From assembly GCA_041651395.1 (NCBI GenBank), contig JBAZJI010000001.1:379920-443919 (forward strand): a stretch of DNA of 64,000 nucleotides, read 5' to 3'. Numbering within the stretch: position 1 is the first letter of the stretch; every line of letters begins with the position of its first letter. The notes below the pieces were generated by a model. It was not told where the DNA came from. It was given only the letters and a program-made list of their open reading frames with translations, and made no database searches. The DNA is from Minisyncoccota bacterium. GTDB taxonomy: Bacteria > Patescibacteriota > Minisyncoccia > Minisyncoccales > JAGOPM01. Position numbers and translations under genes: made by a program. Shown here piece after piece: positions 1 through 9,220 of this stretch.

Positions 1-57
1 TACTCCGTAATCGAAACGCATAAATTCACTGGAAAAGCATAAAGAATAAATAAACCT

Positions 58-1386
58 ATGAAAATACATTTTGTAGGCATAGGTGGAATAGGTATTAGTG
101 CCATAGCTCAGTATTACCGGGCGCTTGGCCATCATGTCACGGGTACCAATCTTGAGCATACAGAAATTATCGAGGCTATGCGCCGTCGCGACATAGAGGT
201 TTTTGTCGGGGCACACGAAGAATATGTTCCGCGGCTTAAAAATATGCAACTGGATTTGGTTGTCCACAACCCGGCCGTACCGGTGAATAACCCGGAAATT
301 ATCGAAGCTAAGAGACTGGGCATAAAGGTAATGTCCGCTCCCGAGCTTTTGGGCCAGATTACCAAAGAGAAATACACTATCGCGGTTTGCGGGTCGCATG
401 GCAAAAGCACCACTACTTCCATGTTAGCCGTGGCTATGATTAATTTGGGGCTTGATCCCACAGTCATTGTCGGTACTGCCTTAAAGGAGTTTGGGGATAG
501 TAATTTTCGTTTAGGCAAAAGCAAGTATTTATTAATTGAAGCTGATGAGTATAAGAGCTCATTTTTGAATTACTGGCCCCAGATTATTGTTTGCACTAAT
601 ATTGAGGCTGACCATCTAGATTACTTCAAGACTTTTGGCAATATCGTCAAAAATTTTCAACAATTTGTTTCTCATTTGGGCCCGGGAGGGTTTCTAGTAG
701 CGAGCAAAGACGGAGGAGTCAAAAAGAAACTTAAGATTAAAAAAGACGCGCAATTTCAGGTTATCGAGTACTCAAAAAAGCAGCGCGATGCCGCAGCAGT
801 TAAGCGGGCGGTTTTTGTTCCTGGAGAGCATAATGTTTCTAATGCCATGGCAGCTCTGGAAGTTTGTCGGATTTTGGATAAAAAAGACAAAGACATTTTG
901 CCCGCTATTGGCCACTACCATGGCGCATGGAGACGTTTTGAAACCTCGGAGATAAAGATTTATACCCAAGTTGGCCCTAAGGATGCCACCTTCATTTCCG
1001 ACTATGCGCACCATCCTACGGAAATTTTGAGCACTCTGCAGGCCTGTAAGGAAAAATATAAAAACCGCAAGATTATCGCCATTAATCAGCCCCACCAATA
1101 CGAAAGGACGCTTAATTTGAAAAAAGAATTTATTAAGGCTTATAAAACCGCTTCCAAGAAAAAATATTTCGACCACCTTTTCATAACCGATATTTACGAT
1201 GTGAAGGGGCGCGAAAACAGCGCAATTAAGCAGCAGATTAATGCTCAGATGCTCGCGCAGGCCTGTAAAGATAAAAAGATTTCCTATTTGCGTAAGGAGG
1301 AAGTTAAAGATGTTCTTAAGCGCCTGGTTATGGGCGGAGAGGTAATTTTATTGATGAGCGCCGGAGATTTTTACAGGCTTAGCTAA
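58..1386 (+). CDS. murC: UDP-N-acetylmuramate--L-alanine ligase
   Basis: 442 aa. N-terminal Rossmann motif VGIGGIGISA and Mur-ligase P-loop CGSHGKSTTTSM. Full-length Mur ligase layout. Confidence 0.9.
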   Translation: MKIHFVGIGGIGISAIAQYYRALGHHVTGTNLEHTEIIEAMRRRDIEVFVGAHEEYVPRLKNMQLDLVVHNPAVPVNNPEIIEAKRLGIKVMSAPELLGQITKEKYTIAVCGSHGKSTTTSMLAVAMINLGLDPTVIVGTALKEFGDSNFRLGKSKYLLIEADEYKSSFLNYWPQIIVCTNIEADHLDYFKTFGNIVKNFQQFVSHLGPGGFLVASKDGGVKKKLKIKKDAQFQVIEYSKKQRDAAAVKRAVFVPGEHNVSNAMAALEVCRILDKKDKDILPAIGHYHGAWRRFETSEIKIYTQVGPKDATFISDYAHHPTEILSTLQACKEKYKNRKIIAINQPHQYERTLNLKKEFIKAYKTASKKKYFDHLFITDIYDVKGRENSAIKQQINAQMLAQACKDKKISYLRKEEVKDVLKRLVMGGEVILLMSAGDFYRLS

Positions 1387-1397
1387 AATATTAAAAT

Positions 1398-2534
1398 ATG
1401 CAAAGCCAAATAAAAAAAATCGGGATTTTCCCCCTGCATCCTTTTCTGTATCCGGGAGGGGTAAAAAACCATGTCTTTGAACTAAAAAAGTACCTAAAGA
1501 AAAAGGGCTATAATTGCAAAATAGGCGTGCCTCGTGGTTCTCTAACTGAGAAATATGCAGATAAGGACATTCGCTTAATCGGTACGGCTTTAACCATTCC
1601 TTTTAATGGCGGTTATGGCGATTTGGCGGTTTGCGCCGCGCCCGGGCAGCTGGAGTATTGGCTGGAAAAAGAAAAATTCGATGTTTTCCATTTTCATAAT
1701 ATCGGTTTTCATAGCTGGCAAATAATGAATAGGACTAATGGCGTAAATGTGCTGACTTTTCATAGTAATTTAGGGGATGTGCCCGGCGGCAAAGAAGTTT
1801 TGGCCATGACCAAGGAGCTTATGGGTAAGGTGCATGGTATAATTGGGGTTTCCAAAGTCGCTTTGGCGCAATTTAAGGATTTTTCCGGACCAAAAATTGT
1901 CATTCCCAACGGCATTGATGTTAAAAAATTTAATCCGAAAACCAAAAAGTTGAAAAAATTTTTGGATGGGAAAATTAACATTTTATTCATGGGCCGGTTA
2001 CAGGAGCGTAAGGGCCCGATGGAAATGCTTAAGGCTTATAAAATTGTGCAAAGCAGCCGGGATAATGTGCGCCTTATCATGTGCGGTGACGGGGAGCAAC
2101 GTGGCGAATGTGAAAAATTTGTCGCAGATAATAAATTAAAAAATGTGGTTTTTGAAGGCCGAGTTCTGGAAAAAGACGCACCTAATTATTATGCGACCTG
2201 TGATATTTATTGCAGCCCGGCGGTTTTTGGGGAGAGCTTTGGTATTGTGCTTTTGGAAGGCATGGCAAGCAAAAAGCCGGTTATCGCTTATAATATTGAC
2301 GGTTACCGGGAAGTGCTCGCCAAGCATCCCAAGGATTTTATGGTCAAATGCCGTGATTTCCAAGCTTTAGGAAAACGTCTGGGTGAGCTGGCGGATAATG
2401 GCGCCAAGCGTGAGAAGTTGGCGCAAATAGGTTACCAGATTGCCCAGGAATATGCGTGGGAAAGGGTTACGGATAGGATACTTGCTTTTTACAAGGAATG
2501 CGCCAAATACAAAGAAGAATTGACAAAATCGTAA
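1398..2534 (+). CDS. Glycosyltransferase, GT4/GT-B family
   Basis: 378 aa. C-terminal GT-B signature GESFGIVLLEGMASKKPVIAYNIDGYREVL. Confidence 0.8.
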   Translation: MQSQIKKIGIFPLHPFLYPGGVKNHVFELKKYLKKKGYNCKIGVPRGSLTEKYADKDIRLIGTALTIPFNGGYGDLAVCAAPGQLEYWLEKEKFDVFHFHNIGFHSWQIMNRTNGVNVLTFHSNLGDVPGGKEVLAMTKELMGKVHGIIGVSKVALAQFKDFSGPKIVIPNGIDVKKFNPKTKKLKKFLDGKINILFMGRLQERKGPMEMLKAYKIVQSSRDNVRLIMCGDGEQRGECEKFVADNKLKNVVFEGRVLEKDAPNYYATCDIYCSPAVFGESFGIVLLEGMASKKPVIAYNIDGYREVLAKHPKDFMVKCRDFQALGKRLGELADNGAKREKLAQIGYQIAQEYAWERVTDRILAFYKECAKYKEELTKS

Positions 2535-2587
2535 AATCATTTACAATGGACAGACGACCTTATCGGTCTATTTAATTTGTAAACGTT

Positions 2588-3241
2588 ATGATTAATTTAC
2601 CCGCACAAAAAAGAGACGCAAAAATTGACGCTCAGGAAATCCGTCAGAATGGGTTTATCCCGGCCATCATTTATGGCCCCGGAATTTCTAATGCCATGAT
2701 TCAAGTTTCGGCCAAGGAATTTGAGACAGTTTTGAAAGAGGCCGGAGAAACAACCCTTATCAATATTGATTTAGCTGGCGAAAAATACACTGTTTTGGTT
2801 AAAGATCTCGCCGTAGACCCAGTTTCCGAAGCTGTTACCCATATAGATTTATATGCTCCGAATTTGAAAGTGGAAACCACTGCCAATGTACCATTGGTTT
2901 TTGTTGGGGAGGCTGCCGCTATTAAGGACTTGAAGGGAACTTTGGTAAAGAATATCCACGAGCTTGAAGTGAAGTGCCTGCCGCAAGATATCCCGCACGA
3001 AATTTCTGTTGATATTTCCAAGTTGGCCACTTTCGAGGATTATTTTTGCGTCAAGGATCTTAAGGTTGGGGCAAAGGTGCAGATCTTGAAGAACCCCGAA
3101 GAAATTATTGCCTTTGTAGCCAAACCGGCTGATGTGGAAAAAGAATTGGAAGTACCTATCGAGGGCGATGTGGAGAAGGTAGAGAAGATTGAAAAGGAGA
3201 AGAAAGAAGAAATGCCTACCGATGCTCCGGCCGCCGAATAA
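2588..3241 (+). CDS. rplY: 50S ribosomal protein L25/Ctc (long form)
   Basis: 217 aa. N-terminus RQNGFIPAIIYGPG is typical of bL25/Ctc. Acidic C-terminal tail. Confidence 0.85.
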   Translation: MINLPAQKRDAKIDAQEIRQNGFIPAIIYGPGISNAMIQVSAKEFETVLKEAGETTLINIDLAGEKYTVLVKDLAVDPVSEAVTHIDLYAPNLKVETTANVPLVFVGEAAAIKDLKGTLVKNIHELEVKCLPQDIPHEISVDISKLATFEDYFCVKDLKVGAKVQILKNPEEIIAFVAKPADVEKELEVPIEGDVEKVEKIEKEKKEEMPTDAPAAE

Positions 3242-3342
3242 TATTGATTTAGAAAGCACCCTGCCACTAGCGGGGTGTTTTTATGTTCTAATATTCCACA
3301 GCCAAAATTTGGAGAAAATCGTTTGATTGGTTACAAATAGTT

Positions 3343-4746
3343 ATGGGAAAAAACTGTAAAACGTTTTGGGTTTTTTTAGCCATGGCTATAGTTGCCTTAA
3401 TACTTAGCGCCAATTCGGTTGCCTTAGCTTTTGAGGCATCCGATGCTGTGTGCGCCGAAAAGGCCTTGGATGCTTTTTGCGCCAAAGTAGAAAAGGAGGA
3501 GTGCGATATCAGCCTAAAGGCTTGTTTGGCAATGTTTGAACAGCGCGCCAAAATTTTTGATGCCGGTGTCCAAGAAGCTAAACAAAAAGGTAAAACCTTA
3601 AGCGGGGAAATTTCGTCTTTGCAATCGAAAATTAAAAAATTGGATAACGAAATCCAACATAATACGGTTATCATCAAAGATTTGACAGTCCAAGTTAAAA
3701 GCACCGAGGAATCCATTACTGACACCCAATCAAAAATTGAAGCAGCCCGGGAAAGGCTTAAGAGTTTGCTCGTTTCCATTTTTAAGGAGGATAATAAATC
3801 TGGCTTGGAGCTTATTTTGGGTGGGGAAAATTTGACCGAGACAGCTGATAATTTTATTGGTTTGAAAACCCTTTCAGAAAGGAATCAAGCGCTTTTGGCC
3901 ACGATCGTTGACTTGAAGACTTATTTAGAAAATCAGAAACAAAAGCTTGGGGAGCAAAAAGGGAGTTTAGAAGATGCGGTTGCAAAAAAAGAAGTGCAGA
4001 AAAACCAGAACGTGGAGTTGAAAGAGGAGAAAAATGAGGTTCTAACCCAAACTAAAGGCGAAGAAGCGCTCTTCCAGCAATACAAGCAGCAGGCTGAGGC
4101 ACGCGCCGCAAAAATCCGTTCTCGTATTTTTCAGCTAGCCGGCATTTCCGGGGTTTCCAAGGCGCCAAGCTTTGGTGAAGCCATTGAGATTGCACAGCGC
4201 GCTGGCGCCAAAGTTGGCGTTCGGCCGTCATTTATTTTGGCTATTCTAGCCCAGGAAACTCGCATTGGACAAAATGTGGGCAAATGTTACGTTGTGACTG
4301 AAGATGGCAAAGGCGCTAACGGCAAGCCAGTGATGCGGGCTAATCAAGTGATAGCCTTTATTCAAATCACCAAAGATGCCGGGCTTGATTTTAAGAGCGT
4401 GCCTGTTTCTTGCCCGATTCCCTCTATGGGGTGTCCCTATGGTGGGGCTATGGGCCCGGCGCAATTCATGCCAACCACTTGGAATCTTTTCAAAGATCAA
4501 ATTTCTGCTATTACCGGAAGAGCAGCCAATCCTTGGAATATCGAAGATGCTTTTTATGCCGCAGCCTTATTTGTTAAGGATGCCGGCGCCAATGCGGCCG
4601 GGAAGGGAGAGCTCAAAGCAGCGGCCAGATATTTTGGCTCCGGAGCTTATGGCTATCAAAACCAAGTGCAGGTGCGCGCTTCTTGTATCGAGAAATTTAT
4701 CGCCGAGGGAACGATGAGCACTAAGTGCGAGTCCATGATATTTTAA
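3343..4746 (+). CDS. Secreted coiled-coil protein with C-terminal MltB/SLT-like lytic transglycosylase domain
   Basis: 467 aa. Signal/TM segment FWVFLAMAIVALILSA, long heptad-rich middle region, and C-terminal SFILAILAQETRIGQN resembling the catalytic-Glu motif of lytic transglycosylases. Confidence 0.55.
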   Translation: MGKNCKTFWVFLAMAIVALILSANSVALAFEASDAVCAEKALDAFCAKVEKEECDISLKACLAMFEQRAKIFDAGVQEAKQKGKTLSGEISSLQSKIKKLDNEIQHNTVIIKDLTVQVKSTEESITDTQSKIEAARERLKSLLVSIFKEDNKSGLELILGGENLTETADNFIGLKTLSERNQALLATIVDLKTYLENQKQKLGEQKGSLEDAVAKKEVQKNQNVELKEEKNEVLTQTKGEEALFQQYKQQAEARAAKIRSRIFQLAGISGVSKAPSFGEAIEIAQRAGAKVGVRPSFILAILAQETRIGQNVGKCYVVTEDGKGANGKPVMRANQVIAFIQITKDAGLDFKSVPVSCPIPSMGCPYGGAMGPAQFMPTTWNLFKDQISAITGRAANPWNIEDAFYAAALFVKDAGANAAGKGELKAAARYFGSGAYGYQNQVQVRASCIEKFIAEGTMSTKCESMIF

Positions 4747-4849
4747 GAAAAACATCGCGAATGCGTGAGAGATAGTTTTTCTTAAACCTCACCAAAGTGT
4801 AATCACGGCGGCGGGGTAGCTCAATTAAAATCCGATAACTAAATAAAAC

Positions 4850-4878
4850 AAAAAGCCCCTTTCGGGGCCTTTTGTTTT
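4850..4878. terminator. Bidirectional intrinsic terminator between convergent genes
   Basis: AGCCCC-TTTC-GGGGCC hairpin flanked by an A-run and a T-run. Confidence 0.7.
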
Positions 4879-5626
4879 ATTTCTGAAATTCTTGTATTAC
4901 TTTATCGATTTTTCCGGCCATAATTTTTTCAATATTATGCCAAGATTTATTTAAGCGGTGGTCAGTAATCCTATCTTGAGGGAAGTTATAAGTGCGGATT
5001 TTTTCGCTCCGGTCGGCGGAACCAATTTGGGCATTACGCTCCGCTTGCACGCTGCCCGTGGCGCTATTTTCTTTAATCTCTAAAAGTTTGGCACGCAAGA
5101 GATTCATGGCGTTTTCGCGGTTTTGCTGTTGGCTGCGCTCGGTTTGCGAAGTTACGGCGATATTGGTCGGGATATGAACTAAGCGCACGGCGGTCTCACG
5201 TTTATTTACATTTTGTCCGCCTGCGCCGCCGGCTTTACTGGTTTCAAAGCGGATATCCGAGGGATTAATTTTAAGTTCGGTTTCTCTAGGAATTCTTAAA
5301 ACCGCAACAGAGACGGTTGAGGTATGAACTCGGCCTTGGCGCTCGGTTTGCGGTACTCTTTGCACGCGATGCACACCGCCCTCCTGCTTAAAGAGGCGAT
5401 AAACTGCAGGGCCGCTGATGATAAAGCTGATCTGCTTAAAGCCTGCCAAATCTGTTGGGCTTTCTTCGGTAATTTTTACGCCGAAACCTTGCGATTGGGC
5501 ATAACGGATATACATATTGGCCAAATCAGACGCAAAAAGAGCGGACTCTTGCCCGCCCACTCCGGCGCGGATTTCCACCGCGACGCTTTCTTGCTGCCCA
5601 AGGTTTGTATTTTGGGCAATTTCCAT
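4877..5626 (-). CDS. prfA: Peptide chain release factor 1-like, lacking N-terminal domain 1
   Basis: 249 aa. GGQ motif ([12 protein letters not shown]), RF1-type codon-recognition loop [17 protein letters not shown] (PxT), and RF1-like [19 protein letters not shown]. The ORF cannot extend 5' because rpmE ends 3 nt upstream. Confidence 0.8.
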   Translation of the reverse strand: MEIAQNTNLGQQESVAVEIRAGVGGQESALFASDLANMYIRYAQSQGFGVKITEESPTDLAGFKQISFIISGPAVYRLFKQEGGVHRVQRVPQTERQGRVHTSTVSVAVLRIPRETELKINPSDIRFETSKAGGAGGQNVNKRETAVRLVHIPTNIAVTSQTERSQQQNRENAMNLLRAKLLEIKENSATGSVQAERNAQIGSADRSEKIRTYNFPQDRITDHRLNKSWHNIEKIMAGKIDKVIQEFQK

Positions 5627-5629
5627 ATA

Positions 5630-5899
5630 TTATTCGGCTTTAGCTTTGGCAGCCTTCTTAGCAGCTCTTTTAGCTTTCTTGGAGATGATTCCTTCTTTTT
5701 TGGCAGTCTGCCTCTGTTTGAATTTTTGAATCTGGCCGACAGTTTCAAGGATTTTTTCCTGGCCGGTATAGAAGGGGTGGCATTTAGGGCAAATTTCAAC
5801 CTCGATGTACTCCTTGGTGGAGCCAGTGGTAAAGGTATTGCCGCAAGCGCACCTAATAGTGGCTGCTTCAAAATATTTTGGGTGGATATCCTTTTTCAT
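5630..5899 (-). CDS. rpmE: 50S ribosomal protein L31
   Basis: 89 aa. MKKDIHPKY start and a CxxC...C..CHPFYTG zinc ribbon. Confidence 0.9.
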   Translation of the reverse strand: MKKDIHPKYFEAATIRCACGNTFTTGSTKEYIEVEICPKCHPFYTGQEKILETVGQIQKFKQRQTAKKEGIISKKAKRAAKKAAKAKAE

Positions 5900-6114
5900 A
5901 ATAGTCCGATATATTCGTTAACAAATATGTTTAACATAAAAAAATGAAATATGCAAGAGGGGAGAGCTGTCAGTTTTGCTAGGGGCATTAAGATTTTGTC
6001 TCTTAAGGGAGGGAAATCATTCATTATTGACATGGTAAAAATATTGTGTTATGAATAGATAGTATCAATTTCATAAATGTGCCCAAAAGTGATTAGGGCG
6101 CTATAAGGAGGAAA

Positions 6115-6273
6115 ATGGGTTCAAAAAACAGACGCAGCAGTCTCACTAAGGACAAGGCGACGGAGCGCAGTCTTCGCCAACAGATTCAGGCCGAAACCGA
6201 AGAGTTGGTATGCGAAGGCTCTCCCAGCAGTATGCCGGAAACTTCAATCCCGAAGGGTAAAAAAAAGAAATAA
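6115..6273 (+). CDS. Small basic hypothetical protein (52 aa)
   Basis: Not in the ORF track because it is under 60 aa. AAGGAGG sits 4-5 nt upstream of the ATG, with a TTGACA-type promoter near 6026. Translation: MGSKNRRSSLTKDKATERSLRQQIQ... Confidence 0.4.
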   Translation: MGSKNRRSSLTKDKATERSLRQQIQAETEELVCEGSPSSMPETSIPKGKKKK

Positions 6274-6363
6274 CTTTTCTTCCGAATCATTAATAATATA
6301 TCCCCCTCATTTTGGGGTTTTTATTTGCCGAACGGGAATATAAATCGCAAAAAAGGAGGTAGT

Positions 6364-6714
6364 GTGGCAGAAAAAGAGCAAGATGGTATCGGGCAGAACG
6401 GGTTCGACCTTGAAACTCTCCAGTTTTTCGCAACCCAAAAATGCGACGCAGACGGTGTTTGCTATTCGCTGGATTTTACAGGAGATTTTGTTTCTGGGGC
6501 GAAACTTAGTATGTTTACGGGCGGCAAAGAAGAGAAGAAACTAGTATTTGTGGCCAGCATTGTTCCTGAAAAACTATACCCCACTAAAATTGCTGATGAA
6601 TTATTGCGCCAGCTTGTTGCCCCGCGCGGCGGTTTATTTACCGAGCGGGTTCCGCTAGTCTTGGTTAAGGCATTCGACGAGCTGATTGGCAAAGCACTTA
6701 GCACCAAAAATTAA
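6364..6714 (+). CDS. Hypothetical protein
   Basis: The ORF is open from 6325 (TTG). GTG at 6364 is preferred because AGGAGG lies 4 nt upstream. A terminator hairpin follows (TCCCA-N-TGGGA TTTTT). Confidence 0.5.
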   Translation: MAEKEQDGIGQNGFDLETLQFFATQKCDADGVCYSLDFTGDFVSGAKLSMFTGGKEEKKLVFVASIVPEKLYPTKIADELLRQLVAPRGGLFTERVPLVLVKAFDELIGKALSTKN

Positions 6715-6835
6715 TCCCATTACTTTGGGATTTTTGTTTTTGTTAATGATTGTTCACTATGGGGTCTTGCATATTTTTGAACTTATGATATTATATTGCG
6801 TAATCAAATTACTTAATTACTAATCCAAGCAAACC

Positions 6836-7540
6836 ATGATCGCAGAAGAGCAAAAAGAACAATCGAGCGAAATGCTCAATAAGGGAATTGTACTCGGACA
6901 TCAAGTTGCCCGCAGACATCCAAAAATGAAGCCTTTCATTTCCGGAATCAAGGCCGGTTTTGATGTGATTGATGAGGAAAAGACAAATTCCAGTCTTTTA
7001 GCCGCCAAGAACGCCATTCGGGATCTGATTTTGGCCGGCAAGACCATTCTGGTCGTGGGCACAAAAGTCCAAGCTAAAGATATGGTCAAGGATTTTGCGG
7101 TTGCCTGCAACCTTCCTTATGTCAATTTGCGTTGGCTTGGTGGAACCATTTCTAACTTTGAAGTTTTGAAAAAGAGGGTTAGCCACATGAAGTCTATTGA
7201 AATACTGAAAGCAACTGGAGAAATTTCTAAGTATACCAAAAAAGAGCAGGGTAAGATGCAGAAGGAATTAGAAAAGCTCTTAGCCAAATATGATGGCATT
7301 AGGGCGATGGATAGGCTGCCTGACGCGATCTTGGTTATGGATATGAAGAAAGATCATTTTGCCATCAAGGAAGCTAAAGACCGCAAGATTACCGTGATTG
7401 CTGTGGCTGATACCAATGTTGACCCGACTCCTGCTAGTTATCCGATTTACGCCAGTGACGATACTACTAATTCCATTAGATTTATTCTAGACGGCATCAA
7501 GGAATCGATACTCTCAGTCAGGGGACCACAGGCTAAGTGA
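6836..7540 (+). CDS. rpsB: 30S ribosomal protein S2
   Basis: 234 aa. GHQVARRHPKMKPFI and RWLGGTISNF are uS2 signatures. TGA stop. Confidence 0.9.
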   Translation: MIAEEQKEQSSEMLNKGIVLGHQVARRHPKMKPFISGIKAGFDVIDEEKTNSSLLAAKNAIRDLILAGKTILVVGTKVQAKDMVKDFAVACNLPYVNLRWLGGTISNFEVLKKRVSHMKSIEILKATGEISKYTKKEQGKMQKELEKLLAKYDGIRAMDRLPDAILVMDMKKDHFAIKEAKDRKITVIAVADTNVDPTPASYPIYASDDTTNSIRFILDGIKESILSVRGPQAK

Positions 7541-7578
7541 ACTCCCAAAAATTAATTGCATTTTTTACAATCAAAACT

Positions 7579-8166
7579 ATGGCCACAATCGAGCAAGTCA
7601 AAGAGTTGCGTGAAATCACCGGCGTTTCTATCTCTAAATGCAAGGAAGCTCTTGAGCAGAGCAACGGTGATATGAATGCTGCCAAAGATCTTTTGCGCAA
7701 ATGGGGGCAAAATGTCGCCGAAAAGAAGATGTCGCGCGTTGCCAACAAGGGCATTATTGATTCTTATATTCACTTCAACAAACAGGTTGGGGTACTTTTG
7801 GATTTACGCTGCGAAACGGATTTTGTGGCCCGCAACCCTGAATTTGTTGAATTGGCACACGCTTTATGCCTGCATATTGCCGTCATGAAGCCTCAATATA
7901 TTAAGCCCGAAGATATCCCGGCGGAAATCGTGGATAAAGAAAAAGCATTTTACACTGAAGAATTTGCCAAATCCGGCAAACCGCAAAATATTATTGATAA
8001 AATGATGGAGGGCAAACTCAATAAGTTCTATGAAGAGAGGTGCCTTATCAAGCAGCCGATGATGAATGAAGATGGCAAAACTGTCGAACAGTATATGATT
8101 GAGAAAATTCAGAGAATCGGCGAGAATTTACTCATTCATCGGTTTGAAAGATTTGATATTGTCTAA
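7579..8166 (+). CDS. tsf: Elongation factor Ts (short form)
   Basis: UBA-like N-terminus MATIEQVKELREITGVSISKCKEALEQSNGDMNAAKDLLRKWG. The start is taken at the internal ATG of ORF 7537-8166. Conserved rpsB-tsf order. Confidence 0.9.
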   Translation: MATIEQVKELREITGVSISKCKEALEQSNGDMNAAKDLLRKWGQNVAEKKMSRVANKGIIDSYIHFNKQVGVLLDLRCETDFVARNPEFVELAHALCLHIAVMKPQYIKPEDIPAEIVDKEKAFYTEEFAKSGKPQNIIDKMMEGKLNKFYEERCLIKQPMMNEDGKTVEQYMIEKIQRIGENLLIHRFERFDIV

Positions 8167-8172
8167 AATATC

Positions 8173-8808
8173 ATGGATTTAATGTGGATTGCGCTTCTGG
8201 TAGCCGTAGCAAGCGCGATCATAATTATTATATTTTTATCCCGCAAGGCAAAAGTACTTGCGGATGTTGAGCCGCATAATGTAACGATTTCGCCGATACT
8301 TAATAAGGTAAAGGTGAAGGTTGGCAAATACAATGTTTTCAAAGATTTGGTGGCGGTTACGCTTTTGGAGAAGCTGATTATCAAGGTCAGGATTTGGGCG
8401 CAAAAGATAGAGAACCAAACTTTGCATTGGTTGGAACATTTGCGCGTGAATTATAAAAAAGAAAACCCTAATCCGGTTTTTTCTCCGGAATATTGGGACA
8501 ATTTGAAGCAGATGGCAGGCAAGAAGATACCAAGGAAGCAAAGTTCAAAATTCGAAGCTAGGAATCCGAATCAAGGTCTAAATCCTAAGCCCGAAATTAA
8601 AACGGAAATCAGGAAGCCCGAAGAGCAGAAGCCGCAACCCGCTCCTATATCACAAGTAAAGCCAGAGAATAAAAAACCCGAAGTGCGGAAATCCCAACAA
8701 GGTCCGGCGGTGCAGCCAAAAACAGAAGTAAAGAAACCAGAAGTGCAAGCACAACAAATAAATTCAGTTCAGCCAGTCAAGAATAAAATTGAAGAACGAG
8801 TTAAATAA
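8173..8808 (+). CDS. Membrane-anchored hypothetical protein with Lys/Pro/Glu-rich repeats
   Basis: N-terminal TM segment WIALLVAVASAIIIIIFL. C-terminal degenerate KPE/KKPEV repeats. Hairpin terminator at 8813-8834. Confidence 0.5.
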   Translation: MDLMWIALLVAVASAIIIIIFLSRKAKVLADVEPHNVTISPILNKVKVKVGKYNVFKDLVAVTLLEKLIIKVRIWAQKIENQTLHWLEHLRVNYKKENPNPVFSPEYWDNLKQMAGKKIPRKQSSKFEARNPNQGLNPKPEIKTEIRKPEEQKPQPAPISQVKPENKKPEVRKSQQGPAVQPKTEVKKPEVQAQQINSVQPVKNKIEERVK

Positions 8809-8835
8809 AATGTGCGGTTAGCCGCACGTTTTGTA

Positions 8836-8878
8836 ATGCCGGTGTACCTGCCTGCCGGCAGGCAGGGCTCAGTGGCAG
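8836..8878 (+). pseudogene. tRNA-Thr 5' fragment (acceptor 5' strand plus D-arm) interrupted by a 20-nt palindrome
   Basis: ATGCCGGTGTA (8836-8846) and GCTCAGTGGCAG (8867-8878) are identical to 9130-9152 of the intact tRNA. The two pieces are separated by CCTGCCTGCCGGCAGGCAGG. Confidence 0.7.
8847..8866. repeat. Perfect 20-nt palindrome CCTGCCTGCCGGCAGGCAGG (copy 1)
   Basis: Self-complementary. An identical copy lies at 51706-51725. Confidence 0.9.
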
Positions 8879-8886
8879 GAATAATC

Positions 8887-9141
8887 ATGAAATTCCATGT
8901 TTATGCCATAGTTAGCCTCAAGAAGAAAATGATTTATGTTGGCATGAGTAATAGTGTTTTCCGGAGAATTAAAGAGCATAATATGGGCACTGTACGCTCA
9001 ACAAAAGCATTTCGGCCGTGGAAATTAATATTTTCAAAAGAATTGTCGACGCGCGCCGAAGCGAGACGAGAAGAAAAAAAATTCAAAAGTGGTTCGTATA
9101 AAGAATATCTATATTCATTAATAAAAAATATGCCGGTGTAG
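8887..9141 (+). CDS. Small GIY-YIG nuclease family protein
   Basis: 84 aa starting MKFHVYAIVS...MIYVGMSNSVFRRIKEHN (the GIY...YVG motif region), followed by R...E...K. The last 4 codons and the stop are made of tRNA-Thr sequence. Confidence 0.75.
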   Translation: MKFHVYAIVSLKKKMIYVGMSNSVFRRIKEHNMGTVRSTKAFRPWKLIFSKELSTRAEARREEKKFKSGSYKEYLYSLIKNMPV

Positions 9142-9206
9142 CTCAGTGGCAGAGCAACTGTTTTGTAAACAGTAGGTCGGGGGTTCAAATCCCTTCACCG
9201 GCTCCA
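9132..9206 (+). tRNA. tRNA-Thr (anticodon UGU), CCA encoded
   Basis: Cloverleaf: GCCGGTG / GCTC..GAGC / ACTGT-TTTGTAA-ACAGT / GGGGG-TTCAAAT-CCCTT / CACCGGC, then T-CCA. Confidence 0.9.
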
Positions 9207-9220
9207 AGATAAATATAATC

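Noticed and set aside
4813-4845. A tRNA-like string, GGCGGGGTAGCTCAATTAAAATCCG, downstream of 3343-4746.
   Set aside because: Only an acceptor/D-arm-like start is present. There is no D-stem closure, anticodon arm or T-arm, so it is not a tRNA gene.
8812-8886. An N-terminal extension of the GIY-YIG ORF (MRLAARFVMPVYLPAGRQGSVAGII...).
   Set aside because: The extension is a translation of a terminator hairpin, the tRNA 5' fragment and the palindrome (LPAGRQG is the palindrome). The GIY-YIG domain starts at MKFHVY (8887).
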